The notes under the pieces were generated by a model, which saw only the letters and a list, made by a program, of their open reading frames with translations, made no database searches and had not been told where the DNA came from. From the IMG/VR virus record IMGVR_UViG_2695420874_000004: 50,477 nt of DNA; one strand, written 5' to 3'. Source of the stretch: a virus. Its lineage: Duplodnaviria; Heunggongvirae; Uroviricota; Caudoviricetes. Positions 19,143-28,145 of this stretch are shown here, piece after piece. A program made the position numbers and the translations under genes. Position 1 is the stretch's first letter, and the number at the start of each line of letters is the position of its first letter.

Positions 19143-19793
19143 TCAGCGGCTGTCATTGCGCAGTCTGCGCTCCAGCTGCTGTTTGTCTTTTTTCACGCCA
19201 CAGCGGGGATCGAGCTGTAACGCATGGTTGAGATGATTAAGGGCGGAAGCCGGATTGCTTTCACTCAGGACAGCGCCAATCGCTTTATGCAGACGCGCCC
19301 GTGACTGGTCCGGCATATCCAGACCGTCTGTCAGCTCCAGCGTCTGCAGCAACAGATCGGCATCAAAGCCGGTGGCGGCAAGCATTGCGCTCTGCGCTGC
19401 ATCTGCCATTTCCTCTGCCAGCACGGTCTGCACGTTGCGGTTACCCAGCGGCATCACCCAGCCATGACGCAGGGCATGACGCCCGATCTCCAGCGCCCCG
19501 GCATAATCTCCGGCATCAATGCGCCACAGCATCACGTACATCAGCACGTCATCCTGTTGAGCGCCTCCGGCAGCCAGGACGCCCTCCGCCCAGGCGGCAT
19601 ATTTCGGCAGCAGCTCCACCTTGATTTCCGCTTTTTTCACCGTGGACTGAACGCCCTTGAGACGGCGGCGGTCTTCCGTCAGTTGCAGCAGCATCAGGTC
19701 ATAGCCCGACGCGTGGCGAACGCTGCCGCCCTCGCGGGCGGCCTGTTCAGCCTGAACGCGCAGGCGATGCTGCCGTGCGGGACTCAGGCTCAT
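19143..19793 (-). CDS. M: Terminase small (endonuclease) subunit gpM-like
   Basis: 216-aa ORF recognised as P2 M-like, downstream of the capsid gene. Confidence 0.85.
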   Translation of the reverse strand: MSLSPARQHRLRVQAEQAAREGGSVRHASGYDLMLLQLTEDRRRLKGVQSTVKKAEIKVELLPKYAAWAEGVLAAGGAQQDDVLMYVMLWRIDAGDYAGALEIGRHALRHGWVMPLGNRNVQTVLAEEMADAAQSAMLAATGFDADLLLQTLELTDGLDMPDQSRARLHKAIGAVLSESNPASALNHLNHALQLDPRCGVKKDKQQLERRLRNDSR

Positions 19794-19796
19794 GGT

Positions 19797-20855
19797 TTAC
19801 GCTCCGGCTTCTGCTGCGGCGGCGCTGAAGTCGCCAATCTGGATGTTTTCCACCAGTGCGGCGCAGCGGTAGTCCTCAACCACGTAGGCTTCGTTAACGG
19901 ATTCAAAATTTTCAATCCGGTCACGTTTCGGGTTGTCGATAACTGAACGGCGGCGGGTGTCTTCCTGCCAGTAGATGGACAAGTTATCCAAACGGGTGAT
20001 CAGCAGCGCATTCGGCGGGAAGAACGGCGCACGCACGGCCTGCAGACCGCCCATGCGTTTCTGACTGATAATCATATCGGCTGCCAATTTTTCACTGTTT
20101 TCCTGCTCTTTGTTGACCAGCGGGAAATACTTGTCAGACAGCAGTTCACGACCGCAAATCACCACCAGATCGTCATCGTCCTGGTAGACCACGTCGATAA
20201 GCTCATTGACCGCATCCATCACCACAGCGTCCAGGTTGGCATATTCGCCACCTTTCCCGACTTTCACCGCACCCGGTGTGGTTTCGCCGCCCGTGGTGGT
20301 GCTGCCCATGACGTGATCCGGTGCATCCTCACGGATTTTCTGCAGCCAGCCTTTGTTCACATCCTGCAGCAGCGGGTTTTCACTACGGTTGGAGGTTTTC
20401 GCACGCTTCACGCCGTTAAAGCCGATCATGATGCGGTCCAGTGCCTGACGTTTCACGATGGCGTCACGGATACGCACCTGGAAATCCTGAAACTTCGCCC
20501 ACAGGTCCAGCTTCGCGTAGGTCAGCACCGTGTCAAAGTTGGTCTGCTCGCATTTATATTCCACATCGACCATCAGCGTCGGATCGACAGGTTCACGCTC
20601 TTTCGCGGTGGTGTCAGTGGTTCCGGCAATGGTGCTGCCAACACCCAGCCCCAGCAGCTGACCGGACTGCTCAGTCACTGGCGTGACGTTAATCAGCGTC
20701 AGGAAAGCGGCGGACTGCTGGATCTGGTCTTCCAGCGTCTGCTGCACAGACGGCTCCACAGTGAATTTGCTGGACAGTTCTTCAACTGCCACACCGTTCA
20801 GACGCGCCAGCTGCTGCAGGTAAGCGTTAAAAGCAAAGCGGGTATTCTTCTTCAT
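19797..20855 (-). CDS. N: Major capsid protein gpN-like
   Basis: 352-aa ORF recognised as P2 N-like. Confidence 0.92.
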   Translation of the reverse strand: MKKNTRFAFNAYLQQLARLNGVAVEELSSKFTVEPSVQQTLEDQIQQSAAFLTLINVTPVTEQSGQLLGLGVGSTIAGTTDTTAKEREPVDPTLMVDVEYKCEQTNFDTVLTYAKLDLWAKFQDFQVRIRDAIVKRQALDRIMIGFNGVKRAKTSNRSENPLLQDVNKGWLQKIREDAPDHVMGSTTTGGETTPGAVKVGKGGEYANLDAVVMDAVNELIDVVYQDDDDLVVICGRELLSDKYFPLVNKEQENSEKLAADMIISQKRMGGLQAVRAPFFPPNALLITRLDNLSIYWQEDTRRRSVIDNPKRDRIENFESVNEAYVVEDYRCAALVENIQIGDFSAAAAEAGA

Positions 20856-20871
20856 CGGGTTTTGTGCTCCA

Positions 20872-21705
20872 TCAGCAATTGGTCAGAGTGTCAGCGGGGG
20901 CGTTACCGCCTGTTGCACGCTGACGGTAGTCCTGGCGGCTGTCTTCATGACTCAGCTTGTCCACCAGTTCGTTAAAGGCGGTTTGCTGTGCCTGCAGGGC
21001 AGTCTCCAGCTCAGACAGGCGTTCTTCCTGCTCAGACAGGGATTTTTCAGTGCGTGCGCTCAGGTTCTGCTGCTCAGTGGCGACCAGCTCCACGGCCTTA
21101 TGCACATCAGAGAACCGGGCGTCATCGGACTGCTCTTTTTTGGTAAATAGCGCCGTGACGCGGGCAAACAGGGACGGTTTGTCGTCCTGGATTTCTTCCA
21201 GTTCGATCACCGTTTCCTCTGCAGCGGTAAAGAGATTGGCAGGATTCTGCTTGCGGTTTGCCAGCGGGTTATGGGCTGCACTGGCGCTGAATGTCAGCAT
21301 TTCCGTACCCAGACTGGCAGGATCATCAGTGGCAGCCAGGCCGACCAGGTAGGCTTTGCCCGTATCAGCGAACTTCGGGCTGACTTCCATAGAGGTGAAT
21401 AATTTCTGGCCTTTTTTCACCAGTTCCACCAGGGACTCCGTTGGCTCAACGTCGGCATACAGCGCCATCTTGCCTGCCAGCGGACCTTCCGTGATTTCTT
21501 CAGCAAACAGCGCCGTCACCTTGCCGTAGCGGTTAAAGGTGCTGTCCGGCAGATAAGACTTGATGTGCTCAAGGTTAATCAGCGCGGTATACACCGCCGG
21601 GTTGTAGTTGGCTGCCATCTGTTCCAGCCATTCACGCTGGATTTCGCGTCCGTCGGTGGTGGCACCTTCCACCCCGATGCGAAAACGCTTTGCTTTCACT
21701 GTCAT
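20872..21705 (-). CDS. O: Capsid scaffolding protein gpO-like
   Basis: 277-aa ORF with coiled-coil acidic C-terminus, recognised as P2 O-like. Confidence 0.88.
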   Translation of the reverse strand: MTVKAKRFRIGVEGATTDGREIQREWLEQMAANYNPAVYTALINLEHIKSYLPDSTFNRYGKVTALFAEEITEGPLAGKMALYADVEPTESLVELVKKGQKLFTSMEVSPKFADTGKAYLVGLAATDDPASLGTEMLTFSASAAHNPLANRKQNPANLFTAAEETVIELEEIQDDKPSLFARVTALFTKKEQSDDARFSDVHKAVELVATEQQNLSARTEKSLSEQEERLSELETALQAQQTAFNELVDKLSHEDSRQDYRQRATGGNAPADTLTNC

Positions 21706-21783
21706 GAGCCGTGCTCCGTTAGAAAAAACTTACTGGAGCCTTATGGTTGCGGTGATGGGGGCAGTGAAACAATGCTCGGTATT

Positions 21784-21801
21784 TGTACCGACAACCACAC
21801 A
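21784..21801. promoter_or_regulatory. Ogr-type late promoter dyad (TGT-N12-ACA) in the divergent O/P intergenic region
   Basis: TGTACCGACAACCACACA about 80 bp upstream of the O start; shares TTGTACCG...CACACAAA with the FI-upstream site. Confidence 0.45.
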
Positions 21802-21847
21802 AACCGCAGGCGGGGAAAGCCTTCATTCAAGGCTGTAGGTTTGTGCC

Positions 21848-23614
21848 ATGAACACCACACTGACACCCGCAGATCTCGATCCCCGTCGGCAGGCCATGCT
21901 GCTGTACTTTCAGGGATACCGCGTAGCCCGCATTGCTGAAATGCTGGGCGAGAAAGTTGCAACCGTTCACAGCTGGAAAAAACGCGACAAGTGGGGTGAC
22001 TATGGGCCGCTGGATCAGATGCAGCTCACCACCGCCGCACGCTACTGCCAGCTCATTATGAAGGAGCACAAAGAAGGGAAAGATTTCAAAGAGATTGACC
22101 TGCTGGCGCGCCAGTCGGAGCGCCATGCGCGGATCGGCAAGTTTAACAATGGCGGCAACGAAGCCGACTTAAACCCTAACGTCGCCAACCGCAACAAAGG
22201 CCCGCGCCGTCAGCCGGAAAAGAACGTTTTCACCGATGAACAGATTGAGAAGCTGGAAGAAATCTTCCATTCCTCCATGTTCAACTACCAGCGCCACTGG
22301 TGGGAAGCCGGAAAAACCAACCGCATCCGCAACCTGCTGAAGTCACGCCAGATCGGCGCGACCTTCTATTTTGCCCGTGAAGCCCTGATTGACGCCCTGC
22401 TAACCGGGCGTAACCAGATTTTCCTTTCCGCCAGCAAGGCTCAGGCCCACGTCTTTAAGCAGTACATCATCGACTTCGCCAAAGAAGTGGAGGTGGAGCT
22501 GAAAGGCGATCCGATGGTGCTTCCTAACGGGGCCACGCTGTACTTCCTCGGCACCAATGCCCGCACGGCCCAGAGTTACCACGGCAACCTGTATCTGGAT
22601 GAATATTTCTGGATACCGAAATTCCAGGAGCTGCGCAAAGTGGCTTCCGGTATGGCTATTCACAAAAAATGGCGACAAACCTATTTTTCCACGCCATCCA
22701 GCCTGACCCACAGTGCTTATCCGTTCTGGTCCGGTGCGCTGTTCAACCGAGGGCGCAACAAAGCCGATAAGGTGGACATCGACCTGTCCCACAGCAATCT
22801 AGCCCCCGGCCTTCTGTGCGCAGACGGGCAGTACCGCCAGATAGTCACTGTGGAAGATGCGGTGCGCGGAGGCTGTAACCTGTTCGACCTCGACCAGTTG
22901 CGCATGGAGTACAGCCCGGACGAATACCAGAACCTGCTGATGTGTGAGTTCGTGGACGATCTCGCGTCCGTGTTCCCGCTCAGCGAGCTGCAGGCGTGCA
23001 TGGTGGACAGTTGGGAAGTCTGGACCGACTTTCATGCACTGGCGCTGCGCCCGTTTGGCTGGCGCGAAGTGTGGATCGGTTATGACCCGGCAAAAGGTAC
23101 GCAGAACGGCGACAGCGCCGGATGCGTGGTGGTGGCACCGCCAGCCGTGCCGGGCGGTAAGTTCCGCATTCTTGAGCGTCACCAGTGGCGCGGGATGGAC
23201 TTCCGCGCCCAGGCTGACGCCATCAAAAAACTGACTGAACAGTACAACGTGACCTACATCGGTATCGACTCGACAGGTGTCGGCCACGGGGTTTACGAGA
23301 ACGTGAAAGCGTTTTTTCCAGCCGTCCGGGAGTTTGTCTACAACCCCAACGTTAAAAACGCCCTGGTACTCAAGGCCTACGACATTATCAGCCACCGCCG
23401 TCTGGAGTTTGACGCCGGACACACCGACATAGCGCAGTCATTTATGGCAATCCGTCGCGCCACCACCGCCAGCGGCAACCGCCCGACCTATGAAGCCAGC
23501 CGCAGCGAAGAAGCCAGCCATGCAGATCTGGCCTGGGCAACAATGCACGCACTGTTTAACGAACCGCTGCAGGGCGAGTCCGCCAATACCAGCAATATTG
23601 TGGAGATTTTTTGA
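21848..23614 (+). CDS. P: Terminase large (ATPase) subunit gpP-like
   Basis: 588-aa ORF recognised as P2 P-like. Confidence 0.93.
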   Translation: MNTTLTPADLDPRRQAMLLYFQGYRVARIAEMLGEKVATVHSWKKRDKWGDYGPLDQMQLTTAARYCQLIMKEHKEGKDFKEIDLLARQSERHARIGKFNNGGNEADLNPNVANRNKGPRRQPEKNVFTDEQIEKLEEIFHSSMFNYQRHWWEAGKTNRIRNLLKSRQIGATFYFAREALIDALLTGRNQIFLSASKAQAHVFKQYIIDFAKEVEVELKGDPMVLPNGATLYFLGTNARTAQSYHGNLYLDEYFWIPKFQELRKVASGMAIHKKWRQTYFSTPSSLTHSAYPFWSGALFNRGRNKADKVDIDLSHSNLAPGLLCADGQYRQIVTVEDAVRGGCNLFDLDQLRMEYSPDEYQNLLMCEFVDDLASVFPLSELQACMVDSWEVWTDFHALALRPFGWREVWIGYDPAKGTQNGDSAGCVVVAPPAVPGGKFRILERHQWRGMDFRAQADAIKKLTEQYNVTYIGIDSTGVGHGVYENVKAFFPAVREFVYNPNVKNALVLKAYDIISHRRLEFDAGHTDIAQSFMAIRRATTASGNRPTYEASRSEEASHADLAWATMHALFNEPLQGESANTSNIVEIF

Positions 23615-24645
23615 TGGGAAAGAGTAAGAAGAACCGCGCTGCATCGACGAACCAGATCCAGCCTAAAAGCCAAACTTCAGCCGAAGCATTCAGCTTCGGT
23701 GATCCCGTTCCTGTTCTGGACCGCCGCGAACTGCTGGACTATGTGGAATGCGTACAAACAGATCGCTGGTATGAGCCGCCAGTAAGCTTTGACGGACTGG
23801 CGCGCACCTTCCGCGCTGCCGTGCATCACAGTTCCCCGATTGCAGTAAAGTGCAACATTCTGACTAGTACCTATATCCCTCATCCTCTGCTCAGCCAGCA
23901 AGCTTTTTCGCGTTTTGTGCAGGACTATCTGGTATTTGGCAACGCCTATCTGGAGAAACGCACGAACCGCTTCGGTGAAGTGATCGCCCTTGAACCTGCG
24001 CTGGCAAAATACACCCGACGCGGATTAGACCTGGATACCTACTGGTTTGTGCAATACGGTATGACAACCCAGCCGTATCAGTTCACGAAAGGCAGCATTT
24101 TTCATCTGATGGAACCGGATATTAATCAGGAGATCTACGGCCTGCCCGGTTATCTTTCTGCCATTCCGTCAGCCCTGCTCAACGAGTCCGCCACGCTGTT
24201 CCGTCGCAAGTATTACATTAACGGCAGTCATGCGGGCTTTATCATGTACATGACCGATGCCGCGCAAAACCAGGAGGATGTAAACAACCTCCGCAACGCA
24301 ATGAAAAGCGCCAAAGGACCAGGCAACTTCCGTAACCTGTTTATGTACTCGCCTAACGGCAAAAAGGACGGGCTTCAGATCATCCCGTTGTCAGAAGTCG
24401 CGGCGAAGGATGAGTTTCTGAACATCAAGAACGTGAGCCGGGATGACATGATGGCGGCGCATCGTGTGCCACCGCAAATGATGGGGATTATGCCTAATAA
24501 TGTCGGGGGGTTTGGGGATGTGGAGAAGGCGAGCCTGGTGTTTGTACGTAACGAGTTAATACCGTTACAAAAAAGAATGATGGAAATAAATAAATTGGTA
24601 AGTGAGAACATTGTTAAATTTGATAGTTATAAACTAGCTACTTAA
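23611..24645 (+). CDS. Q: Portal protein gpQ-like
   Basis: 344-aa ORF recognised as P2 Q-like, overlapping the P stop. Confidence 0.92.
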   Translation: MMGKSKKNRAASTNQIQPKSQTSAEAFSFGDPVPVLDRRELLDYVECVQTDRWYEPPVSFDGLARTFRAAVHHSSPIAVKCNILTSTYIPHPLLSQQAFSRFVQDYLVFGNAYLEKRTNRFGEVIALEPALAKYTRRGLDLDTYWFVQYGMTTQPYQFTKGSIFHLMEPDINQEIYGLPGYLSAIPSALLNESATLFRRKYYINGSHAGFIMYMTDAAQNQEDVNNLRNAMKSAKGPGNFRNLFMYSPNGKKDGLQIIPLSEVAAKDEFLNIKNVSRDDMMAAHRVPPQMMGIMPNNVGGFGDVEKASLVFVRNELIPLQKRMMEINKLVSENIVKFDSYKLAT

Positions 24646-24752
24646 CGTAATAACTAAATGAGGTTCTTTAACACAACTAAAAAAAGTTATTAATAGCCAG
24701 CAGTTTTTATGAATTTCTTCAGCGTGCAGATACACGCTGAAGATGCAAAAAA

Positions 24753-25442
24753 TCATATGAGACGACCGTCTGGACTTCTGTTACCTAAATGTAATTCACA
24801 GAGTATCCACCTAATCACATCAGGTCGAATTAACCCAGCTACAAAAACCGAATTCCAATTATTTTTACCTTTATGTTTTTCATCCAACAGCAACAACTCG
24901 CGAGTCAACAACTCATATACATCGCTATAAGTAGAAAGACTCTTATTCAGTCCTCTAATAACAAGCTCAGGATATAAGTAAAACGACTCCCATTGTTCAG
25001 ACAAATACCCCTTAATATTATTCTTGATAACAACATTATCAAGATGATACTTAACATTGTTATATTCTGGTGACATTGGGTCAATTATGATTTTTACATC
25101 AATTGTAGGTGTTCGCCCTAATTTAGAAAAATTAGCACATATTAATCTTTGTTTTAATATATTATCAAAATATGGATGCAGCATCCGATGGCCTGCAGAA
25201 TTAGCTATAGTAGTACTTTTGAAAGTATTACATTTGCAAGCAGGAACCAAATTCTTAGTGAATAAAGAAAATTCTGGATAGTTTTCCTTGGGTAAAACAT
25301 GATCCAAAGTCCCGCTATGCATTGAACCACACATTGGACATAGAGAGTTAGAATTAGCTGCTCTTATATCATCAATTATAGATAAACACTTTGCGGGATT
25401 GTTATAATAATATCTCAAAGCTTCAGCAATATTGTTACTCAA
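24753..25442 (-). CDS. HNH endonuclease-like protein (candidate Septu PtuB-like effector)
   Basis: CPMCGSMHSGTLDHVLPKENYPEF...NLVPACKCN has the C-x2-C / DH / N / C-x-C-N arrangement of HNH nucleases; AT-rich; no ATG at the 5' end (probable TTG start). Confidence 0.7.
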   Translation of the reverse strand: MSNNIAEALRYYYNNPAKCLSIIDDIRAANSNSLCPMCGSMHSGTLDHVLPKENYPEFSLFTKNLVPACKCNTFKSTTIANSAGHRMLHPYFDNILKQRLICANFSKLGRTPTIDVKIIIDPMSPEYNNVKYHLDNVVIKNNIKGYLSEQWESFYLYPELVIRGLNKSLSTYSDVYELLTRELLLLDEKHKGKNNWNSVFVAGLIRPDVIRWILCELHLGNRSPDGRLI

Positions 25443-25616
25443 TACGCCACAAGAATTGACATTAAGATACCCTTTATTCTTTATGTACGATCTATATGCA
25501 TTAAGTATAAATGTATCCTGTTCATTCAGAACAGAATGATGTTTTAATCTCTTATTTGCAGATAGTTTTTAAATGCAGAATAATCTTTAAAAACAGGTCT
25601 TTTTAATTTATTCATT

Positions 25617-27266
25617 TCAATTGCCCATTTCATTTCTCAACGCAGTTAATACATTAAGTGATAAGTCCTCGCTATATTTAGATTCAACATCATCCCAAGA
25701 CATATTCTTTGCAATTATATTATTTTTTACTTTATTTAAAATTTGAGTTGGTTCACTCTCACCGAAAACAAAATATGAGATATTTCCTATATTCGCCCCA
25801 AAAGTACTCAATCTCGGTTTTTCGCTAACAATTACCCCATCATCTCGTCTTCTGAGTATTGTCACTTGCTCCTTAAAAACCTCCCGAACAAGATAAACCG
25901 AATGCGTTGCTATGATAGCTGAAGAGCCTGTCTTTTCTAATAAATTATCAAGCAATGCCATAAATTTATTAATAAATGAAGGATGGAGATGTGTTTCTGG
26001 CTCATCTATTAATAGAAGAGTCCCATTCTCAATATACAAACAGACTTGTACACAAAACTTAATAAACGATATTTCCCCACTACTCAAAGGATAACATTTA
26101 TTTTCAATAAGCCTCAAAGGCTCGCCAGAGAGAATAATTTCAGAATATAATGATAGTCTGGATTCTTCGCCTCGAGAATTAAGCTCATTTAATTTAACAA
26201 ATGGTGAATTTTCACCGTTACATTTGATTACTAAATCGTTGTTACTATTTAGAACACTCAGTGCATCAACAAATATATTCCACCTTTGATTATAGCCGAT
26301 AGCGTCGTTACTCCTCGCTAGTTGCACTATTAAATCATTCAAGTTTAATTTGGATTTTGATTCACGATTTAAAGTCAATCTTTTGTACCATATCAATGAT
26401 TTTATTCTTTTATCGGTTGGAAATGAACACTTACTTTCATTTGTTGGAGAAAAAGCAATGAGCCTACTAATTTGAATTCGTTCTTCAATGCTCACACCGT
26501 TAGAATCAACTACAGCCACCAAATTATCCTTTCCTTTAATCGCAGCCAATGCGATTTCTCTAAGCGTTTGGCTTTTTCCTACACCATTCTCGCCTATAAT
26601 TATGGAAATTCTTTTTGGTAAATCATGCTCGTGATCAAAATTAAAAACATAAGATACATCTTCTTCATTAACTTTATTCGAATAGCTAATCTTGATGTGC
26701 TGTGATAAATTACCCAACTCCTCATATTGAATACCGGAAAGAACTGTTCCTGCATTTTTGAAAGTAAAATACGACTCAGACTCTCTAATGAAAGATTTAT
26801 TAAAGATATCAGAAGAGATTGCTTTTTTCCTCAAATTCTCTGCACTAGCGTCACTTTTCTTAGAAACAACATCATTAATGAAATTTAATATATATTTGGA
26901 TTCATTCACCCCAAAAAATCTTACTAGTCTTCGATAATTATTCATATCCTGAAGCATGACAAAATAATCATTAAACCCCTCATCCTTTAAATTAGATTCT
27001 TCCTTTTTCTTCACTCGCCTTATCAGTTCTGCTTTTCCATTTCGTTCCTCCTCTGAATTCAAAAAACCAATATAACCATTCAGTGAAATTATATCCTTAC
27101 ACTCTTTTTTATTAAAAATAGATATTTCGACTCTACTCAAATATCCAAAATCATTCCAATCGCTTCTTGATGGGACTATTTTTATATAATTACCAGAATC
27201 AGATATCTGTTGATTATTTGTAATTAAAAAATATAAACTATAATTTTTATTTTTCTTGACTAACAT
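25617..27266 (-). CDS. ABC/AAA15-type ATPase (candidate Septu PtuA-like) with about 200-aa N-terminal extension
   Basis: Walker A IIIGENGVGKSQTL, ABC-signature-like LSSGE, Walker B/D-loop LLLIDEPETHLHP; AT-rich. Confidence 0.8.
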   Translation of the reverse strand: MLVKKNKNYSLYFLITNNQQISDSGNYIKIVPSRSDWNDFGYLSRVEISIFNKKECKDIISLNGYIGFLNSEEERNGKAELIRRVKKKEESNLKDEGFNDYFVMLQDMNNYRRLVRFFGVNESKYILNFINDVVSKKSDASAENLRKKAISSDIFNKSFIRESESYFTFKNAGTVLSGIQYEELGNLSQHIKISYSNKVNEEDVSYVFNFDHEHDLPKRISIIIGENGVGKSQTLREIALAAIKGKDNLVAVVDSNGVSIEERIQISRLIAFSPTNESKCSFPTDKRIKSLIWYKRLTLNRESKSKLNLNDLIVQLARSNDAIGYNQRWNIFVDALSVLNSNNDLVIKCNGENSPFVKLNELNSRGEESRLSLYSEIILSGEPLRLIENKCYPLSSGEISFIKFCVQVCLYIENGTLLLIDEPETHLHPSFINKFMALLDNLLEKTGSSAIIATHSVYLVREVFKEQVTILRRRDDGVIVSEKPRLSTFGANIGNISYFVFGESEPTQILNKVKNNIIAKNMSWDDVESKYSEDLSLNVLTALRNEMGN

Positions 27267-27335
27267 TATTACCCTCTCACTTCATTAGTGATGATTTATT
27301 TTGGAATTATTTTACACACTTATACCTAGCGCGCA

Positions 27336-27354
27336 ATCGTATCCCCGCCACGCC
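27336..27354. other. Candidate cos site (cohesive-end core)
   Basis: Minus-strand GGCGTGGCGGGGATACGAT resembles the 19-nt P2/186 cohesive end as I remember it (first 13 nt identical to my recollection of 186); GC-rich patch in AT-rich surroundings. Identification from memory only. Confidence 0.35.
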
Positions 27355-27558
27355 TGCCCGCTTTATGTAGTGGTTTTCATGCACCTGCATGATCTACGCA
27401 AAAGCCCGCCAGTTCTGGCGGGCCTTAGCAAAAACGATCCTCAAACGATCATGCGATCTCATGCGGCATAGACATGCACTACAGAGCTAACGCCTCGCAA
27501 GGGCTCGTTGTTCAACCTTGCTGACGCCAGAAGCAAGTTCAGACGCCAGCAACGTTTC

Positions 27559-27792
27559 TTAATGCAGCCAGCTGTCGTCTTCCCACACCTTCTGCATAAT
27601 TTTCATCACTTGTTTTCTTTCTTCGTCCAGTTGCAATCCGGTAAGTTCCACACCGTTAGAGCTACCTTTGCGGATACGAATTACCGTTTTGGGATACAGA
27701 GGGCGCAGATTGCGGTAAAGCTCGGATTCAAGGGCGTCCAGGGTAGACTGGCTAATCTTCTGCTCTTTATCGATCATTATTTCAATGCGCAT
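27559..27792 (-). CDS. DinI-like protein
   Basis: 77 aa: MRIEIMIDKEQ...DALESELYRNL...WEDDSWLH parallels E. coli DinI (MRIEVTIAK...DALAGELSRRI...WESADDWF). Confidence 0.75.
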   Translation of the reverse strand: MRIEIMIDKEQKISQSTLDALESELYRNLRPLYPKTVIRIRKGSSNGVELTGLQLDEERKQVMKIMQKVWEDDSWLH

Positions 27793-27803
27793 AAAAAGTC
27801 ACC

Positions 27804-27992
27804 TCAACTGATGACATCCATTGAGCGGTTGTATTCGTGGGTTCTGATTTTTGCCATGAGTTCATCTGTTAGTTCAGAAACCCACTGCAAAGCCAGCCCC
27901 TTCTCTTCATCACTACACTCACTAGCCGCTACAAGCTTAAGAAAAAAATCAATGCGCTGGAGCTTCAAAGACTCCAAAAAATAGTCCTGCAT
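27804..27992 (-). CDS. Small hypothetical protein upstream of the DinI-like gene
   Basis: Short ORF between A and the DinI-like gene on the same strand; start chosen at the internal ATG (MQDYFLES...). Confidence 0.4.
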   Translation of the reverse strand: MQDYFLESLKLQRIDFFLKLVAASECSDEEKGLALQWVSELTDELMAKIRTHEYNRSMDVIS

Positions 27993-28145
27993 CTTTCCTC
28001 CTATGACACCACAAGAAATACTGTATACATAACCACTGTTTATATTTACAGTATATAATAATCTTACTGATGTAAAACGTTTTTTTACGTTCATCAGCCT
28101 GATATGCCTTGTATTATTAAGAGCACGAATTGTTAACCCGCGTAA

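Noticed and set aside
21808-21820. AGGCGGGGAAAGC in the O/P intergenic region, identical to the core of the P2/186 cohesive end as I remember it
   Set aside because: Only 13 of 19 positions match and the location (between divergent late promoters) is not where cos lies in P2-type genomes; more likely chance similarity or part of the promoter region.
24550-24645. Abrupt AT-rich composition in the last 30 or so codons of the portal gene, which might have marked a recombination junction
   Set aside because: The ORF is the same length as P2 Q as I recall it (344 aa), so the C-terminus is probably native; I cannot show a junction without an alignment.
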